A DNA stretch of 64,000 bases, from IMG/VR virus record IMGVR_UViG_3300025840_003418, positions 1 to 64,000 of that record. The stretch is one strand, 5' to 3'. The translations under genes and the position numbers were made by a program. Source of the DNA: a virus. This document shows, piece after piece, positions 26,808-36,563 of this stretch. Below the pieces are notes generated by a model. The model made no database searches. It had not been told where the DNA came from and was given only the letters and a program-made list of their open reading frames with translations. Position 1 is the first letter of the stretch; each line of letters starts with the position of its first letter.

Positions 26808-28148
26808 ATGTCTTATCCATTTGGAAGTGATAGTTTTACAATGGCAGTAAAAGATACTGCAAGCAAAACTAAAGGTTGGGCTCCAAATCCTGACATCACC
26901 GAATCTGAACTAAAAGTAATGCGTGAAGAAGTTATGGATCGTATTATTACAGCAAGAATTGGTTTACTCCTACGACATCCTTTCTTTGGTAATATGGCCA
27001 CTCGTCTACGCATTGTTGCGGCTGATGAGTGGTTAGGCACTGCGGCTGTAGATGGTCGCAACCTTTATTTTAATACTCAATTCTTTAATGCAATGGACAA
27101 TAAAGAAGTAGAATTTGTTATTGCACACGAAATTTTACATTGCGTATTTGATCATCTTATTCGTAGAGAAGATCGCAACCCAATGCTTTATAACATCTCA
27201 GCAGATTACATTGTAAATAACTTACTAGTACGTGATCGTATTGGTAAGAAGCCTTCAATTGTAGACTGTTACCAAGACTTTAAATATGAAGGCTGGACTT
27301 CAGAAGAAGTCTATGACGACTTGTTCGAAGAAGCTAAAAAGAACGGTGAAGACTTTTTAAAGCAACTAGGCGAAATGCTAGATGAGCATATTGACTGGGA
27401 AGATGGTGACGGCAACGAAGGTGAAGGTAAAGACAAAGAAGGCGGCGGTGAGGGGAAAGGTAAAGGTCGTCCTAGTTACACTAAAGAAGAACTAAAGCAG
27501 ATTAGAGACGAAATTAAAGAGAATATGATTTCAGCCGCGCAGTCTGCAGGCGCAGGTAATACTCCGGCTGGTGTACAACGTATTATTAAAGATCTAACAG
27601 AACCTAAGATGAACTGGCGTGAAATTATCCGGCAGCAAATACAAAGTACAATTAAAGATGATTTTACTTTCCAACGTCCTAATCGCAAAAGTTGGCATAC
27701 TGGTGCTATACTTCCAGGTATGGATTTTCAAGAATCTTTAGATATTTGTGTTAGTATCGATATGAGTGGTTCTATAGGTGACGAGCAAGCTAAAGACTTT
27801 CTTAGTGAAATAAAAGGCATTATGGAAGAGTTTAGAGACTATAAAATTAAAGTATGGTGTTTTGATACTAAAGTTTACAACGAACAAGACTTTACATCTG
27901 AAAACGGTGAAGACTTATCCGAGTACGAAGTTATAGGTGGCGGTGGAACTGACTTTATGGCCAATTGGCATTATATGAAGGAAGAAGATATCGTTCCTAA
28001 GAAATTTATTATGTTTACAGACGGCTATGCTTGGGATAGCTGGGGAGATCCAGAATACTGTGATACAATCTTTTTAGTTCACAGTCACCACGATAAAGGC
28101 TTAGAAGGTCCGTTCGGTCAAACATTGCACTATGATGAGGCTGCTTAG
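26808..28148 (+). CDS. Metallopeptidase-like + VWA domain protein (DUF2201-type), MoxR partner
   Basis: HEILH zincin motif, MIDAS DMSGS, GGGTDF, FTDG. Confidence 0.88.
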   Translation: MSYPFGSDSFTMAVKDTASKTKGWAPNPDITESELKVMREEVMDRIITARIGLLLRHPFFGNMATRLRIVAADEWLGTAAVDGRNLYFNTQFFNAMDNKEVEFVIAHEILHCVFDHLIRREDRNPMLYNISADYIVNNLLVRDRIGKKPSIVDCYQDFKYEGWTSEEVYDDLFEEAKKNGEDFLKQLGEMLDEHIDWEDGDGNEGEGKDKEGGGEGKGKGRPSYTKEELKQIRDEIKENMISAAQSAGAGNTPAGVQRIIKDLTEPKMNWREIIRQQIQSTIKDDFTFQRPNRKSWHTGAILPGMDFQESLDICVSIDMSGSIGDEQAKDFLSEIKGIMEEFRDYKIKVWCFDTKVYNEQDFTSENGEDLSEYEVIGGGGTDFMANWHYMKEEDIVPKKFIMFTDGYAWDSWGDPEYCDTIFLVHSHHDKGLEGPFGQTLHYDEAA

Positions 28149-28432
28149 TGACAGAAATACTAGACAAACCTAACGTCTATAATGTATTTGATATGCGAAG
28201 GTGTGATTTTCCGCCAGAGCATTTCGACTATAGTGTTATTCACTTTACATACAATTTAAAGGATGCACTAACAAAATGGATAGAAACTAACTGCAAAGGT
28301 AGATACTATTTAGGTAAATCAATAAGTTTAGATGCTGAAAGATCTGTAACTGAAAACGTCTGCATAGGTTTTGAGGATCCAAAAGAACTATCTTACTTTA
28401 TGTTAGCCTGTCCATATTTAAAATACAATTAA
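28148..28432 (+). CDS. Hypothetical protein
   Basis: 94 aa with GFEDPKELSYFMLACP. Confidence 0.7.
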   Translation: MTEILDKPNVYNVFDMRRCDFPPEHFDYSVIHFTYNLKDALTKWIETNCKGRYYLGKSISLDAERSVTENVCIGFEDPKELSYFMLACPYLKYN

Positions 28433-28472
28433 CAAGCTATAGATAATTACTATTAATAAAGGAGACAACGAT

Positions 28473-28799
28473 ATGGCTAAAACAACTACAAAAGAAACAA
28501 CATTGGATGCAACAACAGAAGGAACTAATACAATGGAAGAACAAATGGAAAGCGCAGCAGCGGAAACCTCTGACGCAACAGCAACTGCCGCAGAAGCACC
28601 TGCAGGTGGTCCAGCAGATCTAACAGTACAAGATCTACAAGCATTAAAAGTAATTATTGACGTTGCAAGTCAGCGTGGTGCATTTCGTCCAAACGAAATG
28701 ACAACAGTAGGTGCTACATATACAAAGCTAGAGCAGTTTCTAGCAGCGATTGCAGCATCACAGCAAGCACAAGCTGCTGCTGAAGGTACAGGTGCATAA
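28473..28799 (+). CDS. Hypothetical protein
   Basis: AAGGAG SD; LTVQDL...IIDVASQRGAFRPNEM. Confidence 0.75.
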   Translation: MAKTTTKETTLDATTEGTNTMEEQMESAAAETSDATATAAEAPAGGPADLTVQDLQALKVIIDVASQRGAFRPNEMTTVGATYTKLEQFLAAIAASQQAQAAAEGTGA

Positions 28800-29393
28800 A
28801 TGAGTAATTTAAAACACGTCGGGCGACTTGTTAAAAGCAAAAGACGTGTAGTAGTTGCTTATAGAGTTGTACCGGGTGAGCCCGATAACTGTATAGTCGT
28901 AGCGTCAGAGAGTTTAAACTCTGACGAGCACGACACGCTAATGAACGCAGTCGAATCAGAAGCCGGACAGCAAGCAAACGAAATGGCAGATGTAATGTCT
29001 CGTATAGTACTGCCAGACGGGCGCCCTATGTTAGCCGCGTTTCATACTACTGGTAAGTTAATGAAGATGCCTACCACTGAAGTTGAATTAGTACCTAACC
29101 GTACTACTACAATTTTACTCAGTGAACTAAACAATCTTATTGCTCAACAGAAAGGTGTTACTCTTGAAGAACTAGCTGTAAAACCAACTAGTAAATCTCA
29201 AGAGAACGAAACTAGCACTGAACAACCAGTAGAAAAAACAACTCAAAACGAAGTATTAACTGACGATGAGTTGGCAGCTTCATATCGGTCACAAGCCGAT
29301 GCATTATTTAAAGAAGCGAAAAAACTTAGAGAACAAGCAGAAGATCTCGTTCCTACTAAAAAGAAAAGAAAAGCTGAAGAAGTTAGTGACTAA
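28800..29393 (+). CDS. Hypothetical protein
   Basis: 197 aa with LKHVGR and a coiled-coil C-terminus. Confidence 0.75.
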   Translation: MSNLKHVGRLVKSKRRVVVAYRVVPGEPDNCIVVASESLNSDEHDTLMNAVESEAGQQANEMADVMSRIVLPDGRPMLAAFHTTGKLMKMPTTEVELVPNRTTTILLSELNNLIAQQKGVTLEELAVKPTSKSQENETSTEQPVEKTTQNEVLTDDELAASYRSQADALFKEAKKLREQAEDLVPTKKKRKAEEVSD

Positions 29394-29706
29394 CAAAACA
29401 CAAAAGTTACCACCCGAAATAGTTAATCATTGGCCAGAGGTATTTAACGATGTTGAGATACGCTCTGTGCCAATTGATTACATTAGCAATATTAATGTAT
29501 TTTTTAATAATGGAAAAATATTTACAATTGATGTGCGACTCGAGCGCCACAAATACCAAGATACAAATTCTTTAGAAGAGTCACTTGATTCTTTTTTTAA
29601 ACAATACGATAATGTAATCAAAAGTATAGACTTTAGCATTGATACACCAAAAGTTAAGCAAGATATACAAAAAAGAACAAAGACATTCCTCAAAAAACAC
29701 AAATAA
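29386..29706 (+). CDS. Hypothetical protein
   Basis: GTG start overlapping the upstream stop; HWPEVF motif. Confidence 0.65.
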   Translation: MTNKTQKLPPEIVNHWPEVFNDVEIRSVPIDYISNINVFFNNGKIFTIDVRLERHKYQDTNSLEESLDSFFKQYDNVIKSIDFSIDTPKVKQDIQKRTKTFLKKHK

Positions 29707-29745
29707 GGCATAAATACTAGCATAGAAGTATTCTAGGAGATGTAA

Positions 29746-31203
29746 ATGCCTTTAAAATTGAGACGCGGTACAGATGCCGAACGCCAAACAGTTACGCCGG
29801 CTGCTGGCGAACCAATATATACAACCGACACAAAAAAACTATACGTTGGAGACGGAACAACACTAGGCGGTAATGCCGTTGATACCACTGCTGAATTTAG
29901 TGGAACTTTAGACGGACTTACTGATGTTGATACAGCAGGTGCAGTTACTGGTAGTGTTATTAAATATAATGGTACTAGTTGGGAAATTGGAGTTGATGAC
30001 AATAGTGGCGGCGGTGGCGGTGGCCTTGCACTAACTGATTTAAGTGTTACAACAGCATCTCCAGGATCAGCAACATTAACTTATAATAACCTCACTGGCG
30101 TGTTTACTTATACTCCTCCCGATCTTTCAACACTATTGTCAGAAGTTCCTGGAAACTTAGACATAAACGGTTCTATATTTGGTGATGATAGTACGTTACT
30201 TGTAGACGGAGTAAGGAATTTAATTCCAGCAGCAGTATTAAACGGCACAGCAACTATAAACGTTATAGGCAATTTAACAGGTGATGCAGATGGTAATCAT
30301 ACTGGAACATTTAACGGTGTTATCGGTGGAGCATCTCCAGCAGCAATCACAGGAACAGTGATATCAGCATCTAGTAACTTTGCTGGTAATTTAACAGGTA
30401 ATGTTACAGGTAATGTTGGAGGCAACCTAGTTGGGAGTGTAAATGCAACAGGCGGGCAAGTAATTGTTGCAAACGGGTCAGACGGTACTGACGGATCATT
30501 TAGAGGCAACGTTTTAAGATCAACAGACGGTGTTACTATTATAGATGGAACAAGCATCCCGGCAGTGTTCACAGGTGATCTAACTGGTAATGTTACAGGT
30601 AATATTTCAGGTAACGTATCAGCTGGTACTTTATCTGTAACTTCGGGTTCAGATGTTGTATCAATCGGTGATATAAAAATGACCAATGATAATGACGGAT
30701 TATTAATAATAGGAAACGCTACAGATACTGCTGAAATAAGTATTTTAGGTGATGGAACAGGCGGCGATTTTAAAATTACTGCTACATCAGGAAACTTTTC
30801 TACTGGTGCTGGACCTGCAATAACTCTTCAATCACAAAACGGAACGCACAGTGCACCAACTGCAAATGCTGATCAAGATTTAATCGGAACATTAAACTTT
30901 AAAGCGTATGATGGAGCTGTTTATCAAAGCTCGGCATATATAAGTGCTTTAGTAAACGATACTTCATTATCTCAAGGATCAGTACCTGATGCAAGTGTTG
31001 TTATAGGTATAAATAATGGTCAACCAAATGGTGATTGGTTACAACTTGATGTAGATGGTAAAACTAGTGTTAGCTATATGAAACTAAAAGGGTATGCAAC
31101 CGGAGCAGAACCAGCAACTCCTGAAGAAGGCACAATGGTATTTGATTCTACTACTAAAAAGTTTAAAGGGTGGGACGGAACTGCTTGGCAAGACTTCCAC
31201 TAA
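29746..31203 (+). CDS. Tail fibre / appendage protein
   Basis: N-terminal LRRGT...GEPIYTTDTKKLYVGDG..GG (Mtd-like attachment motif) and Gly/Asn/Thr repeats GNLTGNVTGNV. TAAATA (29711-29716) and AGGAG lie upstream. Confidence 0.85.
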   Translation: MPLKLRRGTDAERQTVTPAAGEPIYTTDTKKLYVGDGTTLGGNAVDTTAEFSGTLDGLTDVDTAGAVTGSVIKYNGTSWEIGVDDNSGGGGGGLALTDLSVTTASPGSATLTYNNLTGVFTYTPPDLSTLLSEVPGNLDINGSIFGDDSTLLVDGVRNLIPAAVLNGTATINVIGNLTGDADGNHTGTFNGVIGGASPAAITGTVISASSNFAGNLTGNVTGNVGGNLVGSVNATGGQVIVANGSDGTDGSFRGNVLRSTDGVTIIDGTSIPAVFTGDLTGNVTGNISGNVSAGTLSVTSGSDVVSIGDIKMTNDNDGLLIIGNATDTAEISILGDGTGGDFKITATSGNFSTGAGPAITLQSQNGTHSAPTANADQDLIGTLNFKAYDGAVYQSSAYISALVNDTSLSQGSVPDASVVIGINNGQPNGDWLQLDVDGKTSVSYMKLKGYATGAEPATPEEGTMVFDSTTKKFKGWDGTAWQDFH

Positions 31204-31204
31204 G

Positions 31205-31810
31205 TTAGATAACATATTTAAAAAAGTCCACATCTCGTTCGTGGACTTTTTTTATGGCTGCTATACTATTACTATTAAAATAATCTTTAAATTCCCAATG
31301 ATCATATCCTGAAATATTAGGCAATGGTAGATCACAGCCTAGATATTCTTGCACAGGTTTTAGATCTTGTTCTAAGTTTTCTGCTTTACATATGTAATCA
31401 ACCCATTCGCCATTTACATTTATAAAGTCTATTTGATTAGTAAAGCGATTAAACCAACGTGGAAATTCAAAAGGCACATTAGGATTGCAATAGTCAGCAA
31501 CCCATTCATTAATAGGTTTTAGTTCGAGAACAGTTTGTCCGTTCCAATCTAACCAGTAACCTTCGTCTCTTACTTTACGGTATAAACTAAAAACTCGTTG
31601 CCAAGGGTTTCGTACTACACTAATTGTCTTTGCTATAGGATAATATTCTTTCACAGTACCTAAGTGAGGATGATCTACCATCCAATCTACGTGACTAAGC
31701 ACATTAAAATTAGGACGCAACCATTCAGCAATCACTTTTTTCATAGCCATTCCTGTTCTTGGTACATGTACATACGCAAGTTCTGGTGTGTCTATATAAA
31801 ATGTTCCCAT
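31205..31810 (-). CDS. Sulfotransferase family 2-like protein
   Basis: YVHVPRTG, SVVRNPWQRVFSLY, ENLEQDL, D..FFKY. Confidence 0.75.
   Translation of the reverse strand: MGTFYIDTPELAYVHVPRTGMAMKKVIAEWLRPNFNVLSHVDWMVDHPHLGTVKEYYPIAKTISVVRNPWQRVFSLYRKVRDEGYWLDWNGQTVLELKPINEWVADYCNPNVPFEFPRWFNRFTNQIDFINVNGEWVDYICKAENLEQDLKPVQEYLGCDLPLPNISGYDHWEFKDYFNSNSIAAIKKVHERDVDFFKYVI
31220..31252. terminator. Bidirectional-type intrinsic terminator
   Basis: AAAAAAGTCCAC-N9-GTGGACTTTTTT just downstream of the fibre stop, inside the 3' end of the convergent gene. Confidence 0.75.
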
Positions 31811-32580
31811 TAGTTTGTTTTTATGACTTTAATTAACAATCCCATTAGATCCCATTCATACCAACGTTCACCGGTATAGTATTTGTTAGGCTTTGCATGA
31901 TGATTATTATGCCATCCTTCTCCTAAACTTATAATATTAGCAATCCAACTATTTGTGCTACCGTCTTTTGTTTCATAATTCCTATATCCATGTTTATGCC
32001 CTAGCACATTGACAAATCCAATTAGGTGTACTGTCATACTAGCAGGTACTACATATGCAAACAAAAATAGCATAGGATCAACTGCTAATAATATTGCACA
32101 ATAAGCAAATATTATTTTAAAATAATTATTAAAAATAAATTTATGCGTTTTACTACGAAATAAATCCTTAACATAACGCACAGGTATGTTTGGAACCTTC
32201 CAGTCATAACCTAGCCATACTTTAATAGATTCTATTATACTAAACTTACCGTCAACGTACGGCGAATGTGGATCACCTTCTCTATCTGATTTAGAATGGT
32301 GTTGACGATGCAATGCAACCCAACTTATAGTAGGACCTACTGTACTAATTACACTAATATATGTAAGAATTTTTTCAAGCCATGCATATGTTTCAAAACT
32401 TCTATGTGTAAGCAGTCTATGAAGCGTTATAACGCTGCTTACGGGTCCTATAATAAACCATACAGATAATGCAACCCAGAACAAATTATATTGCTGTGTG
32501 TATATTGCATACGCTACAGCAGGCACTGTTGCAATATGATTGAATGCTTGTAATAATCGTATTTTAGTATTTAAATTCAT
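31810..32580 (-). CDS. Membrane fatty-acid desaturase (delta-9-like)
   Basis: His boxes HRLLTH, HRQHH and WHNNHH; DPHSP; TM segments. Confidence 0.92.
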   Translation of the reverse strand: MNLNTKIRLLQAFNHIATVPAVAYAIYTQQYNLFWVALSVWFIIGPVSSVITLHRLLTHRSFETYAWLEKILTYISVISTVGPTISWVALHRQHHSKSDREGDPHSPYVDGKFSIIESIKVWLGYDWKVPNIPVRYVKDLFRSKTHKFIFNNYFKIIFAYCAILLAVDPMLFLFAYVVPASMTVHLIGFVNVLGHKHGYRNYETKDGSTNSWIANIISLGEGWHNNHHAKPNKYYTGERWYEWDLMGLLIKVIKTN

Positions 32581-33197
32581 TTACCTTCTTCTAATCCTAA
32601 CCAAACTGTATCATCTATTATATTCGGTGACCATTCTAGCATAGCACCGTTTACTTTTTCTTGCCACACAAAATTTTGCCAACATTTTTGTACTGGATAT
32701 GGACAAGTTTGTATATATCCTGCACCCTCATTCCATGCACCATTACTTGCTATATCCATATGCTTGCGCCAAACCTTCCAATATCCTTTATTCGGACGAG
32801 CCTTTCTATTTTGCATAGTTATTAAATATACTTCGTAATTATTTACCGCTTCAAGCTCGTTAATAAGTTTACAAGTACATCTAAACCCATCAGTCATATC
32901 TGTTGCTGTCATCCTAAAGTCAGGGAATGTATAAAGTCTATTTATTTGTTTAGCTACATTACTAGGATATCTACCGTCGTTAAAAACTCCGCCCATTACC
33001 ATAGGTTTACCGGTGCTAGTCTGATATAGTACACCGTAACCTGTGTGTTCTTCTAATTTTAAATTTTCTTTTATATAATTATTTCTAAGCCAGTTGTCTT
33101 CTTGAAGGCAGAGATCGCGCACTTCTTCAAATTCAGGAGTGCTTTCATAATAAATTTTACAGTGTGTGTCTGATAAGTCGTATCGGTATCCCATCAT
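32577..33197 (-). CDS. Hypothetical protein, possible GNAT fold
   Basis: INRLYTFPDFR resembles GNAT motif A. Start reassigned to 33197. Confidence 0.4.
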   Translation of the reverse strand: MMGYRYDLSDTHCKIYYESTPEFEEVRDLCLQEDNWLRNNYIKENLKLEEHTGYGVLYQTSTGKPMVMGGVFNDGRYPSNVAKQINRLYTFPDFRMTATDMTDGFRCTCKLINELEAVNNYEVYLITMQNRKARPNKGYWKVWRKHMDIASNGAWNEGAGYIQTCPYPVQKCWQNFVWQEKVNGAMLEWSPNIIDDTVWLGLEEGK

Positions 33198-33235
33198 ATT
33201 ATATTTAAATAAATATTCAATAGGAGGTACAAATA

Positions 33236-33919
33236 ATGAGTACAGCATTTTTACCTATAGATTTAGACTTCACTTTACCAGACGAGCAAGATATAATTAA
33301 TTTCTGTGATAGCATCGAACCGTTAAGCGAAGAATTAGGTACTCAATGGCATACATATATAATCTACAGTAGATTAGAACAAGACTCGTGGAAAGACATT
33401 AACGTGTGTTGGCACGAAATAAAAAATAAAACAGTCTATACTGGGAAAAAAGGTAAATTCTACAACGGATTTGACACTACATTTCCTGTATTTTCTAAAC
33501 AACTTATGCAATTACCATTTAAAGATATCTCATATATTGTGCTGTTTAGGCAAAGACAAGAAGTCGGTGCTCATACTGATCGTATAGAAGGTGAAACATT
33601 AGACGATACTCTAAGCATACAAAACAATGATCCTAGAAGATTGCATCTAGAACCCAAACGCTATAATGTATTAATGACAAAATTTGATTATAAAAGTTTT
33701 TATGTATGTAAGGACGAAAAAGACACACCTATATACCCTAATATAACAAAAGAAAAACCATGTTTTGCTTTTTCCTTAGACGAACATGCACATGGTGCAA
33801 CTTATGCTGGACCAGATAAAATAATGGCATTTGTTTCTGGTTCTTTAGATGAAGAAAGACATAAAGAAATTATTAAAAGAAGTACAGAAGTAAACAAAGA
33901 TAAAATGATCGTGTTTTAA
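33236..33919 (+). CDS. Fe(II)/2OG oxygenase-like protein
   Basis: HxD (AHTD) with a distal HG. Paralog of 34550. Confidence 0.6.
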   Translation: MSTAFLPIDLDFTLPDEQDIINFCDSIEPLSEELGTQWHTYIIYSRLEQDSWKDINVCWHEIKNKTVYTGKKGKFYNGFDTTFPVFSKQLMQLPFKDISYIVLFRQRQEVGAHTDRIEGETLDDTLSIQNNDPRRLHLEPKRYNVLMTKFDYKSFYVCKDEKDTPIYPNITKEKPCFAFSLDEHAHGATYAGPDKIMAFVSGSLDEERHKEIIKRSTEVNKDKMIVF

Positions 33920-33920
33920 T

Positions 33921-34553
33921 ATGTTAGATAATGCAATAACAAAATTAAATTTTACTGTAAATCTAGATTCATTACGTGAATACTACGATACATTAGTTAA
34001 TGACTACGAGCATCTTAGATGGGCGTGGGATAAAAACGGTAACGAAATTACCGAAGAGTGGTATGACAGAATAATAAGTAACGGTATTGGGTGTACATAT
34101 CCATATGGATGGGCAATACAGAGTAATCTTATAGATAAGTCAATACCGTGTCCTCCTTATAATATAAGCATTCATCCTAGAGGACTATATGAAGACACCG
34201 AATTAATGTTTGGCCTAGTCAAAAAATTAAAAGATATGATGCCTTATACATTTAGATGGAGTATGGTAGTTCAGCCGCCTGAAGGAAAGGTATCTAGACA
34301 CGTAGATGCAGGGGATCAATATACAGCACACATACCTATATACGAAGCACCAAAAGCAGTATTCAAATTTTGGGATGAAAACGAAACACGCAAAGATTTT
34401 ACGTTTAATGCTGACGGTAGTGTGTACTTAGTTGATACTATTATATCACACGAAACAGAGAATTATAGTGATACAAATAGAGTAGGTTTAGTTTTTAGAT
34501 TTTTTAGAAAAGATTTACCAAAATTGCAAAAAATTGTAGGAGAAATAAGTTGA
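33921..34553 (+). CDS. Fe(II)/2OG oxygenase, Asp/Asn beta-hydroxylase-like
   Basis: RHVD, AHIPI, DGSVYLVDT..SHETEN...NR. Confidence 0.7.
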   Translation: MLDNAITKLNFTVNLDSLREYYDTLVNDYEHLRWAWDKNGNEITEEWYDRIISNGIGCTYPYGWAIQSNLIDKSIPCPPYNISIHPRGLYEDTELMFGLVKKLKDMMPYTFRWSMVVQPPEGKVSRHVDAGDQYTAHIPIYEAPKAVFKFWDENETRKDFTFNADGSVYLVDTIISHETENYSDTNRVGLVFRFFRKDLPKLQKIVGEIS

Positions 34554-35191
34554 TATTATATACTCCAATTGATATTGAATTCGATATGCCTCCTGAACAA
34601 GATATAATAGACTGGTTTCATGAACATAAAATTAAAGACACAGACTATTGGGAGTTTTCTGAGAATCGTCATACTTGGTGTTACGTAGCACTGCGCCAAG
34701 AGCCGAAAAGCTGGTATACATACGATGCTTGGTTAGACTGGAGTAAGGAACGTAAAGCAATAGACAACACATCTTTAGTGTTTCATCCTGGATTTGAAGA
34801 TACGTTTCCAGGACTTGCTAAATGTGTAAGAGAATTACCGTTTGATCAGATAGGTACTAGTGGATTTATTATGCAAATGGGCGAAATACCAGCACACCAA
34901 GATGCAAAAACAGACCACGATGCAAGTGAACCAAGAAGATATATCATATATGTAACTGATCCTAAACATAATACGTTTTACTTAGAACATAATGGTGTTA
35001 AAATATATCCAGACATAGATGAAAAATATAGGTGTTTTGCTTTTAACAATAACGACATTCAACACGGTGCTGATCCTACTGATAGAACTAAAATATTATT
35101 AAGCACTGTTGGTATTATTAACAAACAAAAGCACGAAGAATTAATCAGCCGCAGCATTAAAAAATTTGCTAAAAAGGTTATACAAGTATGA
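34550..35191 (+). CDS. Fe(II)/2OG oxygenase-like protein
   Basis: AHQD...QHGAD. Paralog of 33236. Confidence 0.6.
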   Translation: MILYTPIDIEFDMPPEQDIIDWFHEHKIKDTDYWEFSENRHTWCYVALRQEPKSWYTYDAWLDWSKERKAIDNTSLVFHPGFEDTFPGLAKCVRELPFDQIGTSGFIMQMGEIPAHQDAKTDHDASEPRRYIIYVTDPKHNTFYLEHNGVKIYPDIDEKYRCFAFNNNDIQHGADPTDRTKILLSTVGIINKQKHEELISRSIKKFAKKVIQV

Positions 35192-35880
35192 ACTATCTTA
35201 AAAGGTTAATAGAATTTAAAAAATCAAATATAAAAGAATATCTCGGAGTATACGGAAAAAGAAGGAAATTAGGACAGACAAATTTTAAAAAATATGCAAA
35301 CAATGCAATTTGGTTTTTTGGTTGCAGTCACGTATGGGGCATAGGTGTTGAAGATAAAGAAAACTGTGGTTATATACTCGAAAAACAATTAGGAATAAAA
35401 GTCCTAAATTTAGGTATTAACGGTGCAGGACCTATGACAGTAGCCGACGAAATAGACTCCTTGTTGAATAAAAGGTTAACACCAAAAGGAATAATTATTG
35501 CATGGCCTAGCAGCATAAGGTGGCAACATTATACAGCATTTGGTAGCAGAGTATTATGGTCACCGGCAAGACTGGACAATATATTTTATCATAATAATCA
35601 CTTTGGTTGTAAAATGTTATATCCTAAGGCATATAAAGAATATTTGAGATTATTAGCAGACGAAAGTATAATAAAAGTAAACAAAAGAGTAATAGACAAC
35701 GTGCGAGATAAGATTAAAGATATTCCTAGTATAGAATTTACATTCAATTCTAACGAAGTTCTTGACATTAATCAACTTACACCAATCCTAGATAAAGGAA
35801 AAGATAACTTGCATCCGGGTCCTTTAACGCATAAAAAAGTTGCAGATATATTAACCGAGTTAGTAAAAGAATGGAAATGA
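35188..35880 (+). CDS. SGNH hydrolase-like protein
   Basis: FFGCSH block I, NLGINGAG, DNLHPG. Confidence 0.7.
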   Translation: MNYLKRLIEFKKSNIKEYLGVYGKRRKLGQTNFKKYANNAIWFFGCSHVWGIGVEDKENCGYILEKQLGIKVLNLGINGAGPMTVADEIDSLLNKRLTPKGIIIAWPSSIRWQHYTAFGSRVLWSPARLDNIFYHNNHFGCKMLYPKAYKEYLRLLADESIIKVNKRVIDNVRDKIKDIPSIEFTFNSNEVLDINQLTPILDKGKDNLHPGPLTHKKVADILTELVKEWK

Positions 35881-36563
35881 ATTATTATTGGAATGATATT
35901 CCCGGCGAAGGCAAGTGTAGAAACAACTTAATTTACACAAGTCTTATATCAGACGATAAAAAAACATTTTGTCAATGGTACTACAACGACGAAGGATATC
36001 ACGGAGGACAAAACGAAGTAGTTGATCCTAATCTTATGCAAGAAAAGATGAATAGAGAATCATTTGGTTTAAGATTTATGAAACTAAAAGGTTATCAACA
36101 TTTAATTCCAGAGTTTACCATAAGTACCAAAGAAAAGAAAATATATTTTGATATTGACGGTATTGATTTTTGGAATAAAGCAAAATGTAATGTAGAGAAC
36201 TATAGCAAAGTTATACCTAACTGGGAACAACAAATGTTAGATATCTTACAGGCGCATAAAAATATTGGAATGTACAAGTATAGTTTACATCCGTCTAGTT
36301 ATTTTATTATAGATGGTAAATTAAAAAGTTTTAACTACTTCTTTCATTATCTGAATACAGAAGGACCAGTTAGCATTGCAAATCATGCAAGTCATATATA
36401 TAGTACACGTCAAAGTATAATGAAAGAACAAGTCGAAGCAATGGGTATAAGTTGGAACGATCCTGAACCACTAGTTGTTCTACAACATTTATGTTTTGAG
36501 AGTTTTAGAACAAATTATACAGATAGTTTTATAAATCAAGCAAAGGAAATTTATAGTGATTAA
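35871..36563 (+). CDS. Hypothetical protein, degenerate kinase-like
   Basis: YKYSLHPSSYFIIDGKLKSFNYF loosely follows the kinase catalytic-loop/DFG region but lacks the catalytic Asp residues. Confidence 0.35.
   Translation: MEMNYYWNDIPGEGKCRNNLIYTSLISDDKKTFCQWYYNDEGYHGGQNEVVDPNLMQEKMNRESFGLRFMKLKGYQHLIPEFTISTKEKKIYFDIDGIDFWNKAKCNVENYSKVIPNWEQQMLDILQAHKNIGMYKYSLHPSSYFIIDGKLKSFNYFFHYLNTEGPVSIANHASHIYSTRQSIMKEQVEAMGISWNDPEPLVVLQHLCFESFRTNYTDSFINQAKEIYSD

Noticed and set aside
30004-30024. GGC/GGT repeat run
   Set aside because: It simply encodes a poly-Gly linker in the fibre.
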